From the NCBI GenBank assembly GCA_963827685.1, contig CAWHBU010000005.1, positions 64,001-128,000 of the forward strand: DNA of 64,000 nt. Direction: 5' to 3'. The first letter of the stretch is position 1, and each line of letters opens with the position of its first letter. The position numbers and the translations under genes were made by a program. Positions 10,018-19,240 of this stretch are shown in pieces. This stretch comes from an uncultured delta proteobacterium. Its GTDB lineage: Bacteria; Desulfobacterota; BSN033; UBA1163. The notes under the pieces were generated by a model, which worked only from the letters and a program-made list of their open reading frames with translations, did no database searches and had not been told where the DNA came from.

Positions 10018-10085
10018 AAGCCCATTCGTTTTGAGAACAGGCTTAAGTTCGATCACACAATTTTTCAATTTTTGAATCCCCCACC
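10018..10085 (-). repeat. Spacer repeat A (about 68 bp, ends in a terminator-like hairpin), copy 1
   Basis: Near-identical copies at 13270..13337 and 17346..17413; minus strand AAGCCTGTTC-loop-GAATGGGCTT followed by a T-rich run. Confidence 0.85.
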
Positions 10086-10221
10086 GGCCCCACTATATCA
10101 GAAACGCAATCGGATGACAATCAAAAATGCTGATTGCGGAACTCGGATTGCGGAATATCAATTCAGTAAACTCTCATTCTTTTCCAACTAATTCTGTTAC
10201 TGATCCGATTCCCGGAAAGGC

Positions 10222-10800
10222 TCAGCGTCGCCTCTCCCTTTTAGATCCTTTTGATGTTCCGTACGGGACATGCGGTTCCTCAACAAGGAATCCAATTGGG
10301 CGCTTCTTCGGCTCTGGGGTCGCCATCAGTTGCCTGATAGCAACAACCAGGGATCGTATCGATTCATCATGATTTTGGAGCTTTCTCTCCAGCTCAGCCA
10401 GCTTGTGAGCTAACTCCTTATGCGTTGCCAGCATCTCGCGAAGTTTGACAAATGCTCGTACTACAAATACACTAACTTGTATAGCACGTTTTGTATTTAG
10501 AACACTGGCAACCATGATCGCCCCGTGTTCGGTAAATGCATTAGGTAAGACCGGCGAGAATTTGAGTTTCGCGAGGTGGTCGCAAATTGCGACCACCTCA
10601 GCCTTTTCCTTTTTCGTAAGCTGGAACATAAAATCTTCGGGGAATCGGCCGCGATTGCGTTTAACTTGCTCATTCAGCCGCTTCGTGGTTGTTCCATAAA
10701 GACCTGCCAGATCGGCGTCCAGCATGACCCTTTGTCCCCGGATTAACAAGATCCGCTCCTCAATCTGCCCAATTGGGAGGATGGCTTTCTGACCTGTCAC
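10222..10800 (-). CDS. ORF6N-domain DNA-binding protein, copy 2
   Basis: IRGQRVMLDADLAGLYG...FPEDFMFQL...AFTEHGAIM. Confidence 0.92.
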   Translation of the reverse strand: MTGQKAILPIGQIEERILLIRGQRVMLDADLAGLYGTTTKRLNEQVKRNRGRFPEDFMFQLTKKEKAEVVAICDHLAKLKFSPVLPNAFTEHGAIMVASVLNTKRAIQVSVFVVRAFVKLREMLATHKELAHKLAELERKLQNHDESIRSLVVAIRQLMATPEPKKRPIGFLVEEPHVPYGTSKGSKRERRR

Positions 10801-10820
10801 TCTCTTAACTCCATTTCTAG

Positions 10821-10904
10821 TTACGCGATAAGGTCACAATTTGTGACCTTAAACAAGAGAATAAGCTTCAGCCAGCCGTTATCCTCCCATTGTTTCAAGC
10901 TCAT
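10821..10904 (-). pseudogene. Truncated MNT partner gene
   Basis: MSLKQWEDNGWLK resembles the starts at 6970 and 14515, then diverges and stops after 27 codons. Confidence 0.55.
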
Positions 10905-11466
10905 CCTGGGATCCTATGATAAATATTTTGGGCGATTCCATGACGCTGGAAACAAAGTGCTCTTTTGTCCGGATACGCTTTCGAAACTCATCCTCATGCA
11001 AAACGTGCGGATTCACCTCACGCCCTATTTTTTCTTCAATGCCGGACAATAATCGAGAAAGGTCTCGCAATCCGAGTTGGCCAATGACCATTAAATCCGC
11101 ATCGCTGCCGGCTTTTTCCTCCCCGCGGGCGATGGACCCGAATACAAAGGCCGCACGAATCCTCTTATCTTTGAGCGCAGACTTCAGTACGTCAGACAGG
11201 CCCGAGGTCTTCAGCACCAGATTACGAATGTCAGGGTAGAGAGGGTTTTCGGTTTTGGCACGATAATAGACGCGATTGCTGTCCTTGCGGCTGTGAACGA
11301 GATCCAGACGGACCAGTTTACGCAGTTCCTGCCTAAGGGTGCTATCATTCAGACCGGAACGGCGTTCGATCTCCCGCACATGCAGCTCCTCACCCGTTCC
11401 GCTAAAAAGGAGCCGGAATATCTCCGCACGCGCTCGCGATGAAAGAAGTTCAGCCAATCGATTCAT
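10879..11466 (-). CDS. wHTH + MNT nucleotidyltransferase
   Basis: FGSIARGEEKAGSDADLMVIG; upstream palindrome CCACGCAATTGCGTGG. Confidence 0.9.
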   Translation of the reverse strand: MNRLAELLSSRARAEIFRLLFSGTGEELHVREIERRSGLNDSTLRQELRKLVRLDLVHSRKDSNRVYYRAKTENPLYPDIRNLVLKTSGLSDVLKSALKDKRIRAAFVFGSIARGEEKAGSDADLMVIGQLGLRDLSRLLSGIEEKIGREVNPHVLHEDEFRKRIRTKEHFVSSVMESPKIFIIGSQDELETMGG

Positions 11467-11520
11467 ATTGCGTGTTTATACCACGCAATTGCGTGGTTTG
11501 TCCACTCATTTTTTCTGTGA

Positions 11521-13061
11521 TGTGTTAGCAAAGTAGAAATGTCCCCATTAACTGCTTAAGTTAAAATGTCCCCATGGAACAGGAGAAGATACTCATGGGG
11601 CAGAGGGAGTTAAAGAGGTGGCATCTGATGGAGATCGTAAAGGTAGGGAAGATCACCTTGAGGGAGGCTGGAGAGAGGATAGGTGTGTCCTACCGTCAGG
11701 CGAAGCGGATTGGGCAAGCGATCCGGGAGAGAGGGATCAAAGCCTTGGTGCATGGTAACAGGGGACGACCTTCGAACCACCGGCTCAAGGAGTCCTTACG
11801 AGAAAGGGTATTAAAGCTGTCGGAAGAGGTTTACTGGGACTTTAACGATACCCATTTTACGGAGAAACTTCGGGAGTGCGAAGGGATCGATTTGAATCGA
11901 GAGACGGTGAGGAAGTTACGGCGGGAGGCGGGGATGGCACCCAAGCGCAGGCGTCGGGGACCTAAGCATCGAAAGCGACGGGAGCGAATGGCTCAAGAAG
12001 GATGGATGGTCCTCTGGGATGGGAGTCCCCACCCCTGGTTTGGCCGAGACCTTCCACCTTGCTGTCTGATGGCTGCCATCGATGATGCGACCGGGAAACT
12101 GCTGGCCGCCCGTTTCTTTCCCTTTGAAGGTTCCGCAGGCTATTTCTGGCTTCTTAAAGAGATGATTAAAAAATATGGAATCCCAATGATGATCTATCAG
12201 GATCGCCACGGGTCGTTGCATCGGAATGACCCTCACTGGAGCTTGGAAGAGCAACTCGCTGGCCGACAGGAACCGACTCAAGTCGGATTAGCTCTCGAAG
12301 CCTTGGGGATTGAGCCGATCTCGGCTCTTTCTCCTCAGGCCAAAGGAAGGATAGAAAAACTCTTTGCCACCCTGCAGGATCGTCTGGGAGCAGAACTCCG
12401 TTTAAAAGAAATTGTAACGATGGAAGAGGCCAATCGCTTTTTACAATCAACCTTTTTAAAAGACTTTAACCGTCGCTTTGCCGTCAGACCCAGAGAATCC
12501 CAAAAAGCCTGGAGAGAAGTCCCAAACCATCTGGACCTGGATCGAATCATCAGCTTTCGCTATACGGCTACGGTCGGCAACGATAATACGGCTCGGCTGG
12601 GAGGATTGGTTCTCGATATTCCCCCTGGCCCTCAAAGAAGATCCTATGCGAAGCTCAAGGTGGAAGCTCGGCAGCTTCTCAACGGATCTTGGAGAATCTA
12701 CGCTCAAGATCAGTTGATTGCGAAACATCCTCCTACTTCCCTCCGGGAACCGGTGAGAGCTCTTCCCCGAAAGAAACACCATGCAAAAGGAGTTAAAGAT
12801 TACCACTGGGTCTATCTCGCTTCAGCACCCTCCAGGGAAGGTGACCCTTACCCCCTGCTCATCGAACATCGTTGATTGTAGCGCAACCTGGCGATTCACA
12901 TTTCGCTTGTTGCCCATTAATAGGGATCTCTTATGAGAGCTCACTTAAAAAAAAGAAACTCAAATTGAAGTTCATCCACTCACTCAAGGGTCAAGATCAA
13001 AACCCTTGGAGGGGACATTTTCACGTTGCAGTTAAGGGGACATATTGACTTCGCTTAAACA
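11521..13061 (+). mobile_element. IS1202-family (formerly ISNCY) insertion sequence
   Basis: TGT...ACA ends with imperfect IRs carrying repeated ATGTCCCC; 16-bp direct repeat ctcattttttctgtga at 11505-11520 and 13062-13077. Confidence 0.88.
11574..12875 (+). CDS. DDE transposase (integrase-core type)
   Basis: HTH, WDGSPH, AAIDDATG, YQDRH and PQAKGRIEKLF motifs. Confidence 0.93.
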   Translation: MEQEKILMGQRELKRWHLMEIVKVGKITLREAGERIGVSYRQAKRIGQAIRERGIKALVHGNRGRPSNHRLKESLRERVLKLSEEVYWDFNDTHFTEKLRECEGIDLNRETVRKLRREAGMAPKRRRRGPKHRKRRERMAQEGWMVLWDGSPHPWFGRDLPPCCLMAAIDDATGKLLAARFFPFEGSAGYFWLLKEMIKKYGIPMMIYQDRHGSLHRNDPHWSLEEQLAGRQEPTQVGLALEALGIEPISALSPQAKGRIEKLFATLQDRLGAELRLKEIVTMEEANRFLQSTFLKDFNRRFAVRPRESQKAWREVPNHLDLDRIISFRYTATVGNDNTARLGGLVLDIPPGPQRRSYAKLKVEARQLLNGSWRIYAQDQLIAKHPPTSLREPVRALPRKKHHAKGVKDYHWVYLASAPSREGDPYPLLIEHR

Positions 13062-13269
13062 CTCATTTTTTCTGTGATTTCGGTGCACCTCCACCCCTCT
13101 TTTCTGGGAGCTTTCGGGCTATATTATCCCGCCCTCACCTTTCAATTGTTCAGATGCATTCCAAATGCGGATTGCGGATTGCTGAATGCGGATTGTAAAC
13201 ACATTTGAAACCCATTCTATTTTCCCTAACCCACCGCGGAGCAACAGGCGTAAGGGACAAAAAACAAAA

Positions 13270-13337
13270 AAACCCATTCTTTTTGAGAACAGGCTTGAGT
13301 TCGATCACGCAATTTTTCAATATTTGAATCCCCCACC
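13270..13337 (-). repeat. Spacer repeat A, copy 2
   Basis: Matches 10018..10085. Confidence 0.85.
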
Positions 13338-13553
13338 CTGTCAATTGCAGATTGTAGATTGCGAATTGCGGATTGAAGATATGGAACTCATTTACCTAAA
13401 TAATATTACTTAAAGAATTTGCCTCACTATATCAAAAAAGAAACCCAATGGCAATTGTAGAGCATTCTTTCTGCCGATTTATCCCTATTTTTCATTTATC
13501 ATTCAAGTCAAATTTCAATTCTAACTGAGGGTTTTGGGATTTTTTTGATCAGT

Positions 13554-14120
13554 TTATCCACTTTTTAAGATTCCTTTCAGAATGACAACTCTCCCTTTCA
13601 GAATTAAATTTAAAAAGCCCCCTTCCTTCTCCCTTTCCTTTTCGAATTCCTCGCGGGTATAAATGGTAAAATTGATCTCCCTCCCCAATTTGAATTCGAG
13701 GTTCCGGATACCCCGAGTAAATTTATTCCGAGGGAACTTCCCCACTGCAATCAGATCAATATCCGATGTCTTTTTCCCCCTCTCTCTCGCATAAGATCCA
13801 TAAACGAAGGCAAGCGATATTCCTTTAAACCTTCCCACGATCGCCTTGAGGCTGCCTTCCACACCCTCGGTTTTGAAAATGATCTTTTTCAGTTCTCGAA
13901 ACAGCGGATACTTTTTATTAAGAGAATAGAGTTTGACCCTACCCCTCGTCACCGAAGTATAAAGCCCTTCTTCCTCCAGAACCCTCAATTCTCTTGAAAG
14001 GTTGCCCGGGTCTTCTTCAATCAGACCAGAAAGCTCTCTGACATAGTAATCTTCACCAGGGTGGGTAAAAGAATAGGTTAACAATTTTTTTCTTAATTTC
14101 GTATTGAGCAACACCGACAT
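13554..14120 (-). CDS. wHTH + MNT nucleotidyltransferase
   Basis: YGSYARE...SDIDLIAVG, LGREIN; upstream inverted repeat tttgttgta...tacaacaaa. Confidence 0.9.
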   Translation of the reverse strand: MSVLLNTKLRKKLLTYSFTHPGEDYYVRELSGLIEEDPGNLSRELRVLEEEGLYTSVTRGRVKLYSLNKKYPLFRELKKIIFKTEGVEGSLKAIVGRFKGISLAFVYGSYARERGKKTSDIDLIAVGKFPRNKFTRGIRNLEFKLGREINFTIYTREEFEKEREKEGGFLNLILKGRVVILKGILKSG

Positions 14121-14394
14121 GTTTTAGGCCTTCTTTTGTTGTTATTTTTACATCATTTGTTGTAAATGATACAACAAAGACTATCCTGATTCAAGGACTT
14201 TCGGCAGGGATCTATTGTGAAGCTCTCCGGCCACAGGCCGGGGCTTCCCGGGCACGTAGTGGCGAGCGGGAAGCGAGCAAAGGAAATATCGTTTTAATTG
14301 TGCCCTTTGACCCCGCCTATCCCGCTTTGGCGGGACGGGGCACTTGGCGGCCAATTTTGAGGACGCTGTCCGCAATTTCTCGGCACGTTGTACG

Positions 14395-14515
14395 GATGAG
14401 GCGTTCGGCATTGGGCCAGGTCACGATCCGCCATGCTTAGCAAGTCAGAAATCTCTTGGCGACTCGTTTGGTGCTCAATGAGCCAGCGGCTTTTTAGCCA
14501 GTCTTGCAAGCTCAC
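14395..14515 (-). pseudogene. Truncated MNT partner gene, about 40 codons then unrelated sequence
   Basis: MSLQDWLKSRW...MADRDLAQCRTPH. Confidence 0.6.
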
Positions 14516-15101
14516 GTTTGTCTCCGATGAGGAACAACATGGGTCCTCTTAAGACAGTGTTGAGGAAATGGTGCCCTGCCGCCACTTTTGATCGGAACTC
14601 CGCAGGAGGATAAACGGTTGGATTGATCTCCCGGCCAAGTGTCTTTTGAGCCTCGCTAAGCGATGACACAATCTCAGCAAATGTTACCTTGCCCACGACC
14701 AGGACATCCACATCGCTATCCCGGTGTTCTTCACTGCGCGCCATGGATCCATAGATGAAAGCCACATTGATGCGGCCACCCAAAGGCGCCAAGGCAGCTT
14801 GCAGCGTTGCCCCCACTCCAACCGTCTTGACGACCAGGTTTTTCAGCTCTGCAAATACAGGGCAACGGGGATTCGCCTGGTAATAGACCTGCCGCCCACG
14901 AACGATGCGCTGGATAATCCCAGCGTCTGAAAGCTGCTTCAACTCCCTCTGCACTGCACCCAGCCCGACTCCGGCGGCGCGAACGATTTGCCGCAGATAA
15001 AAAGCATCGTCGATATGGCTGTAGAGTAAAGAAAGGACTGCCCGGCGGGTCTTACTAAACAGGGTCCTGGATAGGTTATCGCTGTCAGGCAACGTACTCA
15101 T
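14475..15101 (-). CDS. wHTH + MNT nucleotidyltransferase, copy 2 (duplicate of 6930..7556)
   Basis: Protein identical except one G to S change; the segment 14439..~15200 duplicates 6894..~7680. Confidence 0.9.
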   Translation of the reverse strand: MSTLPDSDNLSRTLFSKTRRAVLSLLYSHIDDAFYLRQIVRAAGVGLGAVQRELKQLSDAGIIQRIVRGRQVYYQANPRCPVFAELKNLVVKTVGVGATLQAALAPLGGRINVAFIYGSMARSEEHRDSDVDVLVVGKVTFAEIVSSLSEAQKTLGREINPTVYPPAEFRSKVAAGHHFLNTVLRGPMLFLIGDKRELARLAKKPLAH

Positions 15102-15546
15102 TGTGGGTACGATTTTCAAGACACTCCTTTTCGTTCACCCCTGCAAGACATTCCGTTTCAGGTCTAGAACTCTGAATTAACCTCATCCATCCTCACCTTT
15201 CACATACCAACATAACGCATAGAGCATAGCGCAAAGCGCATAGCGTAAATTCTTTATCGTGAAGCGCGAGGCGTAAGTCGTAAGACGCAAGCATTCCAAT
15301 CGTGTCTGTGTCTCTTGTCGCGTGTTCGCTTTAAATAGATAACTCTGTCGAACCAAAAATATTATTACCCTCTTTTTTACCCCCTTCAAATCCCCCTTCG
15401 TCTTCCCTTTGTTAAAGTGGGGTATCAAACCTAATTCACCCCCACCTTTATCCTCCCCCGTCAGGGGGGAGGAAGTGAATTGAGGTGCCCCGTTGATGGA
15501 GAAGGGGCAGAAGGTAATAGCATCATTAATCTATTTCGTGATCCTA

Positions 15547-16605
15547 TTAATCGCTCCATGATCCTATTCGCTCCCATTCGGCGTCTCGCCCTTTTCCGAG
15601 ACACCGAATTTTCTTTTGCCTCTTCAAATCCATTAGAGCCCTCTTCAAGGTTGGATAGCTAATGCCAGGACAGGCCCTTTGAAGTTCCCCGAAACGAAAG
15701 CGAGTGGGCATATGTTTGATCGTCTGCTGTACCATTTCTCTTTTTGCCCCTCTGGCCGTGCTGATTGTTCCAACCCGTTCTTCAAATTCCTTATAAGCAG
15801 CTATGATTGTTCCTAAGAAGTATTCCCACCAAGGTCTGAGGTCGTGTTTGGCTTCGTACCATTCATGAGAGCTTTTCAAAAGTACTTCATAATGAGTCTC
15901 TTTGCTTTCCTCGATGATCCTCTCCAGACTTATGTAGCGACCGACCTCGTAGCCGGCCTGATAGAGCAGAAGAAGGGTCAATAGGCGACCAATTCTCCCG
16001 TTTCCATCCCAGAAGGGATGTATGCATTCAAAATCAAAAATAAATGAAGCGATCAGAAGGAGAGGCTCTGCCTGCCCATCATCCACTGCTTGATGGTAGA
16101 AAGTACAAACTTTCTTCATGAATTCGGGTGTCGCCAGAGCAGAAACAGGACGAAACCGAACGACCTGCCTTCCATCGGAGAGAACCTCCAAGATCGCATT
16201 ATCCTTCTCTTTCCAACGGCCGCCCTTCTCAGAGGTGTGAGCATACATCTTGCGATGAAACTCGAGAATGAGTTCAGGGGCCAACTTCATGCGTTTTGAA
16301 TTAGCATGGATCTCAGCCAAGACGTCTCTATAGCCTGCTATCTCTCCCTCTGAGCGGTTTTTCGGTGTCGTTTTCTTTGCAACAATAGCTTCAAGTCGGT
16401 CGGCTGCTGCAGTTACTCCTTCAATTCGGTTCGACAACTCTACACTCTGGACCATTGCCACTCGCCTTAATGTCTCAAGTAATTCAGGTGACTGTTCATG
16501 ATAAAGGCTCTGGCATCCCCGATACTCACCCAGAGCGCGTACCGTCATCAAAAGCTTTTGAGAAATAGGTTGTTCAAGCAGGTATCCATATTCAAAAGAA
16601 TGCAT
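15547..16605 (-). CDS. Fic family protein with C-terminal HTH
   Basis: HPFWDGNGRIGR Fic motif. Confidence 0.92.
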   Translation of the reverse strand: MHSFEYGYLLEQPISQKLLMTVRALGEYRGCQSLYHEQSPELLETLRRVAMVQSVELSNRIEGVTAAADRLEAIVAKKTTPKNRSEGEIAGYRDVLAEIHANSKRMKLAPELILEFHRKMYAHTSEKGGRWKEKDNAILEVLSDGRQVVRFRPVSALATPEFMKKVCTFYHQAVDDGQAEPLLLIASFIFDFECIHPFWDGNGRIGRLLTLLLLYQAGYEVGRYISLERIIEESKETHYEVLLKSSHEWYEAKHDLRPWWEYFLGTIIAAYKEFEERVGTISTARGAKREMVQQTIKHMPTRFRFGELQRACPGISYPTLKRALMDLKRQKKIRCLGKGRDAEWERIGSWSD

Positions 16606-16713
16606 TTACCCTCCTCAATGTCTACCGGTTTAATGCTGAGATTTCCAATAGCGAAAAGTCATCATTTCCTGAAGTCCTAATAAAGAGTGAGCCGTGATGA
16701 AATCCTAAACTGA

Positions 16714-16989
16714 TTAGCTGGCTTTTTTAACTACTTTGAGTTCCTTTCGTACTACTTCTCTCACAATATCCTGAATTGGACGCCTATCCTGTTTGATGTA
16801 GTTGCGCAAGGCCTGGTTTATGGCAGTCTGGTATCCTCGGCCCTCACGCTCAGCTTCCTCCCTAAACCACTCCAGTATATCCGAATCGATGAAGATCGTG
16901 ATCCTGGTTTTGCCCTTTTGCGGGATAACCGGTCCTCGCTTGCCTTTGCTGAAGTCATATTCCCCCAGCATCTCATTCTTTTTGCTCAT
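16714..16989 (-). CDS. brnA: BrnA family antitoxin
   Basis: EYDFSKGKRG, ITIFIDSDILEWF...GYQTAINQALR. Confidence 0.85.
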   Translation of the reverse strand: MSKKNEMLGEYDFSKGKRGPVIPQKGKTRITIFIDSDILEWFREEAEREGRGYQTAINQALRNYIKQDRRPIQDIVREVVRKELKVVKKAS

Positions 16990-17245
16990 AAATCCTCCGC
17001 TCCTTTGGAGTTGCCTTCCGGGCTGAAATCAATCTGATTTCTTCCTCACCTGAATAAGCGTAAACAACTACCAGCACCCTTCCCAAAATGTCTGCCCCGA
17101 TGGTTACAAAACGTTGTTCACCGTGCCGGGTATCTTCTATGGTTACCGCCATGGGATCGTCAAGCACAGTGGCGGCATGGGAAAACTCGATGCCATGATT
17201 CCGAATGTTCCTTGCGGCCTTTCTAGTATCCCAAACAACTTTCAT
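16973..17245 (-). CDS. brnT: BrnT family toxin
   Basis: WDTRKA..N...HGIEF...GEQRF..IG...IRLISARKAT. Confidence 0.9.
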   Translation of the reverse strand: MKVVWDTRKAARNIRNHGIEFSHAATVLDDPMAVTIEDTRHGEQRFVTIGADILGRVLVVVYAYSGEEEIRLISARKATPKERRIYEQKE

Positions 17246-17248
17246 ACA

Positions 17249-17277
17249 ATTATATGTATTTTATATGTATTTGTCAA
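17249..17277 (-). promoter_or_regulatory. Consensus sigma70 promoter of brnTA
   Basis: TTGACA-17 bp-TATAAT with tandem AATACATATA repeats, immediately before the ATG. Confidence 0.8.
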
Positions 17278-17345
17278 TCAAAATCTTTTTTTAAACCTTG
17301 AAGATCCAACTTGGTACCTCAAGATACTTTCTTGATATAAAACAA

Positions 17346-17413
17346 AAGCCCATTCCTTTTGAGAACAGGCTTAAGTTCGATCACACCATTTTTCAATACT
17401 TGAATCCCCCACC
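17346..17413 (-). repeat. Spacer repeat A, copy 3
   Basis: Matches 10018..10085. Confidence 0.85.
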
Positions 17414-17809
17414 TAACCAAACAATTTAAATATAAGAGCAGAAGGCAGTCAGCAGAAGGCAGAACTAATAACCCTTCCCCACCACCCTATTTCAAAGCGA
17501 AGAGTAAAAAACTGAAGTTAAGGTTGCTCTACTTTATCGGAAAAACAACGTGCTGGCAGCTTTCACTATTTATCAGACCCAAATGGGCGGGAAGTCAACG
17601 ATTAATTTCGGATTGCGGAATGTAAAAATCTGATTAAAAATAAGAACATGGGGAGAAGTGGAGAGGGGAGAGGGCGAGACAAGGAGACACGGGGATTCTT
17701 CAATTTCGGATTGCGGATTGTGCCTGCCTGCCGGTAGGCAGGGAATTCGGAGTTTTAGAAAGCTGAAAGGCCTCAAACAATTTCTCGACAAGTCGTTACA
17801 GGGAGAGTC

Positions 17810-17893
17810 TTAGCCTTTCCGGGCGAAGTCGATGAACCCCTGCTCCACATCAGCGCGGATCAACTGAACCCGAACCCGATCACCAACATCGAG
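17810..17893 (-). pseudogene. C-terminal remnant resembling an RNB (RNase II-like) S1 tail
   Basis: Translates LDVGDRVRVQLIRADVEQGFIDFARKG*; no upstream gene body. Confidence 0.5.
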
Positions 17894-18010
17894 GACGACG
17901 TCTAAGGACGATCTGCATCACAGCCACTCGATGTTTGCCGATTACTTGCGACACAGTCCTAATGCTGCGTGGTCAATAAATTGTTTCTAATTTTTATTTT
18001 TTCTGCAGTT

Positions 18011-18044
18011 AAAAAAAGTCCTTGCCCTAATTCAGGGCAAGGAC
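18011..18044 (-). terminator. Rho-independent terminator
   Basis: GTCCTTGCCCT-loop-AGGGCAAGGAC followed by T7 on the minus strand. Confidence 0.85.
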
Positions 18045-18082
18045 AGAATGGTTTTCTCGGCTATTGTTTAAAATGAAAAAAA

Positions 18083-19027
18083 TTACTTCTGCTTTTCGGA
18101 ATGAGTAGCTTTAGACCCTGTACCACCTGTTTTCACAGCGCCATGCCCTCCGCCTCCTGAGGTTTTAGCTGTTCCTACTTTTGTTCCTGTCCCTGCTTTT
18201 GTTCCTGTTACTGTCTTTGTTCCTGTCCCTACTTTTGTTCCTGTTACTGTTTTTGTTCCTGTTCCTACTTTTGTTCCTGTTACTGTCTTTGTTCCTGTTC
18301 CTACTTTTGTTCCTGTTACTGTTTTTGTTCCTGTTCCTACTTTTGTTCCTGTTACTGTTTTTGTTCCTGTTCCTACTTTTGTTCCTGTTACTGTCTTTGT
18401 TCCTGTCCCTACAGTCTTTTCACTAGACCCCACTTTACTTCTTGTATCCACCTTAAGCCCCTCTTTACTTCTTGTATCCTTCCCACCCTTGTCAGTGGAC
18501 TCTTTGCCGTGATGAAGATCTCCACCATGGTGGATATCGGTATGATGAGCTTCTGTGGACTTATGAAACTCTCTTCCACCCCAATGATGCTCGGCATGTT
18601 CTCTATACCAAGGCTGTCTGTTCCAGTAGTGATTATTACCCCAATACCTCCAATGGCCATGGAAGTCACCGTAGTGTATCCGATGATATCCTGGCGGCAC
18701 TCCGAGAATATAATCAGGTGGTATAACCGCGACGGCCGGGGGGATAAGAGGTGTCTCAACATAAGCCCAGGATCCGTTGTAGATGGAAGACCTGAACCAG
18801 TGATCTTCATGGAAGCGATACCAGAGGCCTCCGAAAAAATAGAGACCTGCAGTGTTCGGCACCAAATAGACATCGCTTGCTTCACTAGGAACTACCACGA
18901 CATCGGGCGGTGCTGGAAATTCCAGAGGCGGGGGAACGCCAATGCTGATGTTCACCTCGGCCCTACCAACAATCGCCATGCCAACGACAAAAAACAGACA
19001 AACCATAACTAATACGATCTGCTTCAT
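18083..19027 (-). CDS. Secreted Pro/Trp/His-rich protein with a Thr-Lys-Gly repeat tail
   Basis: Signal peptide, VNISIGVPPP, WYR/GSW motifs, His-rich segment, (TKTVTG TKVGTG)n. Confidence 0.75.
   Translation of the reverse strand: MKQIVLVMVCLFFVVGMAIVGRAEVNISIGVPPPLEFPAPPDVVVVPSEASDVYLVPNTAGLYFFGGLWYRFHEDHWFRSSIYNGSWAYVETPLIPPAVAVIPPDYILGVPPGYHRIHYGDFHGHWRYWGNNHYWNRQPWYREHAEHHWGGREFHKSTEAHHTDIHHGGDLHHGKESTDKGGKDTRSKEGLKVDTRSKVGSSEKTVGTGTKTVTGTKVGTGTKTVTGTKVGTGTKTVTGTKVGTGTKTVTGTKVGTGTKTVTGTKVGTGTKTVTGTKAGTGTKVGTAKTSGGGGHGAVKTGGTGSKATHSEKQK
18170..18412. repeat. Coding tandem repeat (36-bp unit made of two 18-bp halves)
   Basis: tgttcctgttactgt(c/t)tt alternating with tgttcctgt(t/c)cctacttt. 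Confidence 0.95.
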
Positions 19028-19225
19028 AAAATGATCCCTCCTTTGATCTCGTCCCTAAATAGAAGCCTTTCTTGTTAATAAGTAGCTTTACTTGCAGTTG
19101 GTTTATAAAAAAGCATAACCTCACCAAGGTAACCTGCTACAAAAAACTCTCAAACGGCCACTGCCGACACTCAATGACTTCCTTAGCTCCAGCTTTTATG
19201 GTTTCGATCTGGGAATGGATTGGGT

Positions 19226-19240
19226 GCATTTTAGATGCCA
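19226..19240 (-). promoter_or_regulatory. Putative sigma54 promoter
   Basis: TGGCATCTAAAATGC (-24/-12 spacing); upstream inverted repeat ttttgtcac-ataa-gtgacaaaa at 19321-19342. Confidence 0.55.

Noticed and set aside
10018-10085. Repeat A as a tRNA fragment or att site (GTTCGA, GAATCCC...CCA look)
   Set aside because: It cannot be folded as a T-arm plus acceptor stem; a minus-strand terminator explains the 3' part better.
1300-17400. Classical integron
   Set aside because: No tyrosine integrase in the window and no convincing RYYYAAC...GTTRRRY attC structures after stop codons; reported as non-canonical arrays instead.
18170-18412. Possible CRISPR array
   Set aside because: The repeats are contiguous with no unique spacers, lie in frame within a CDS, and there are no cas genes.
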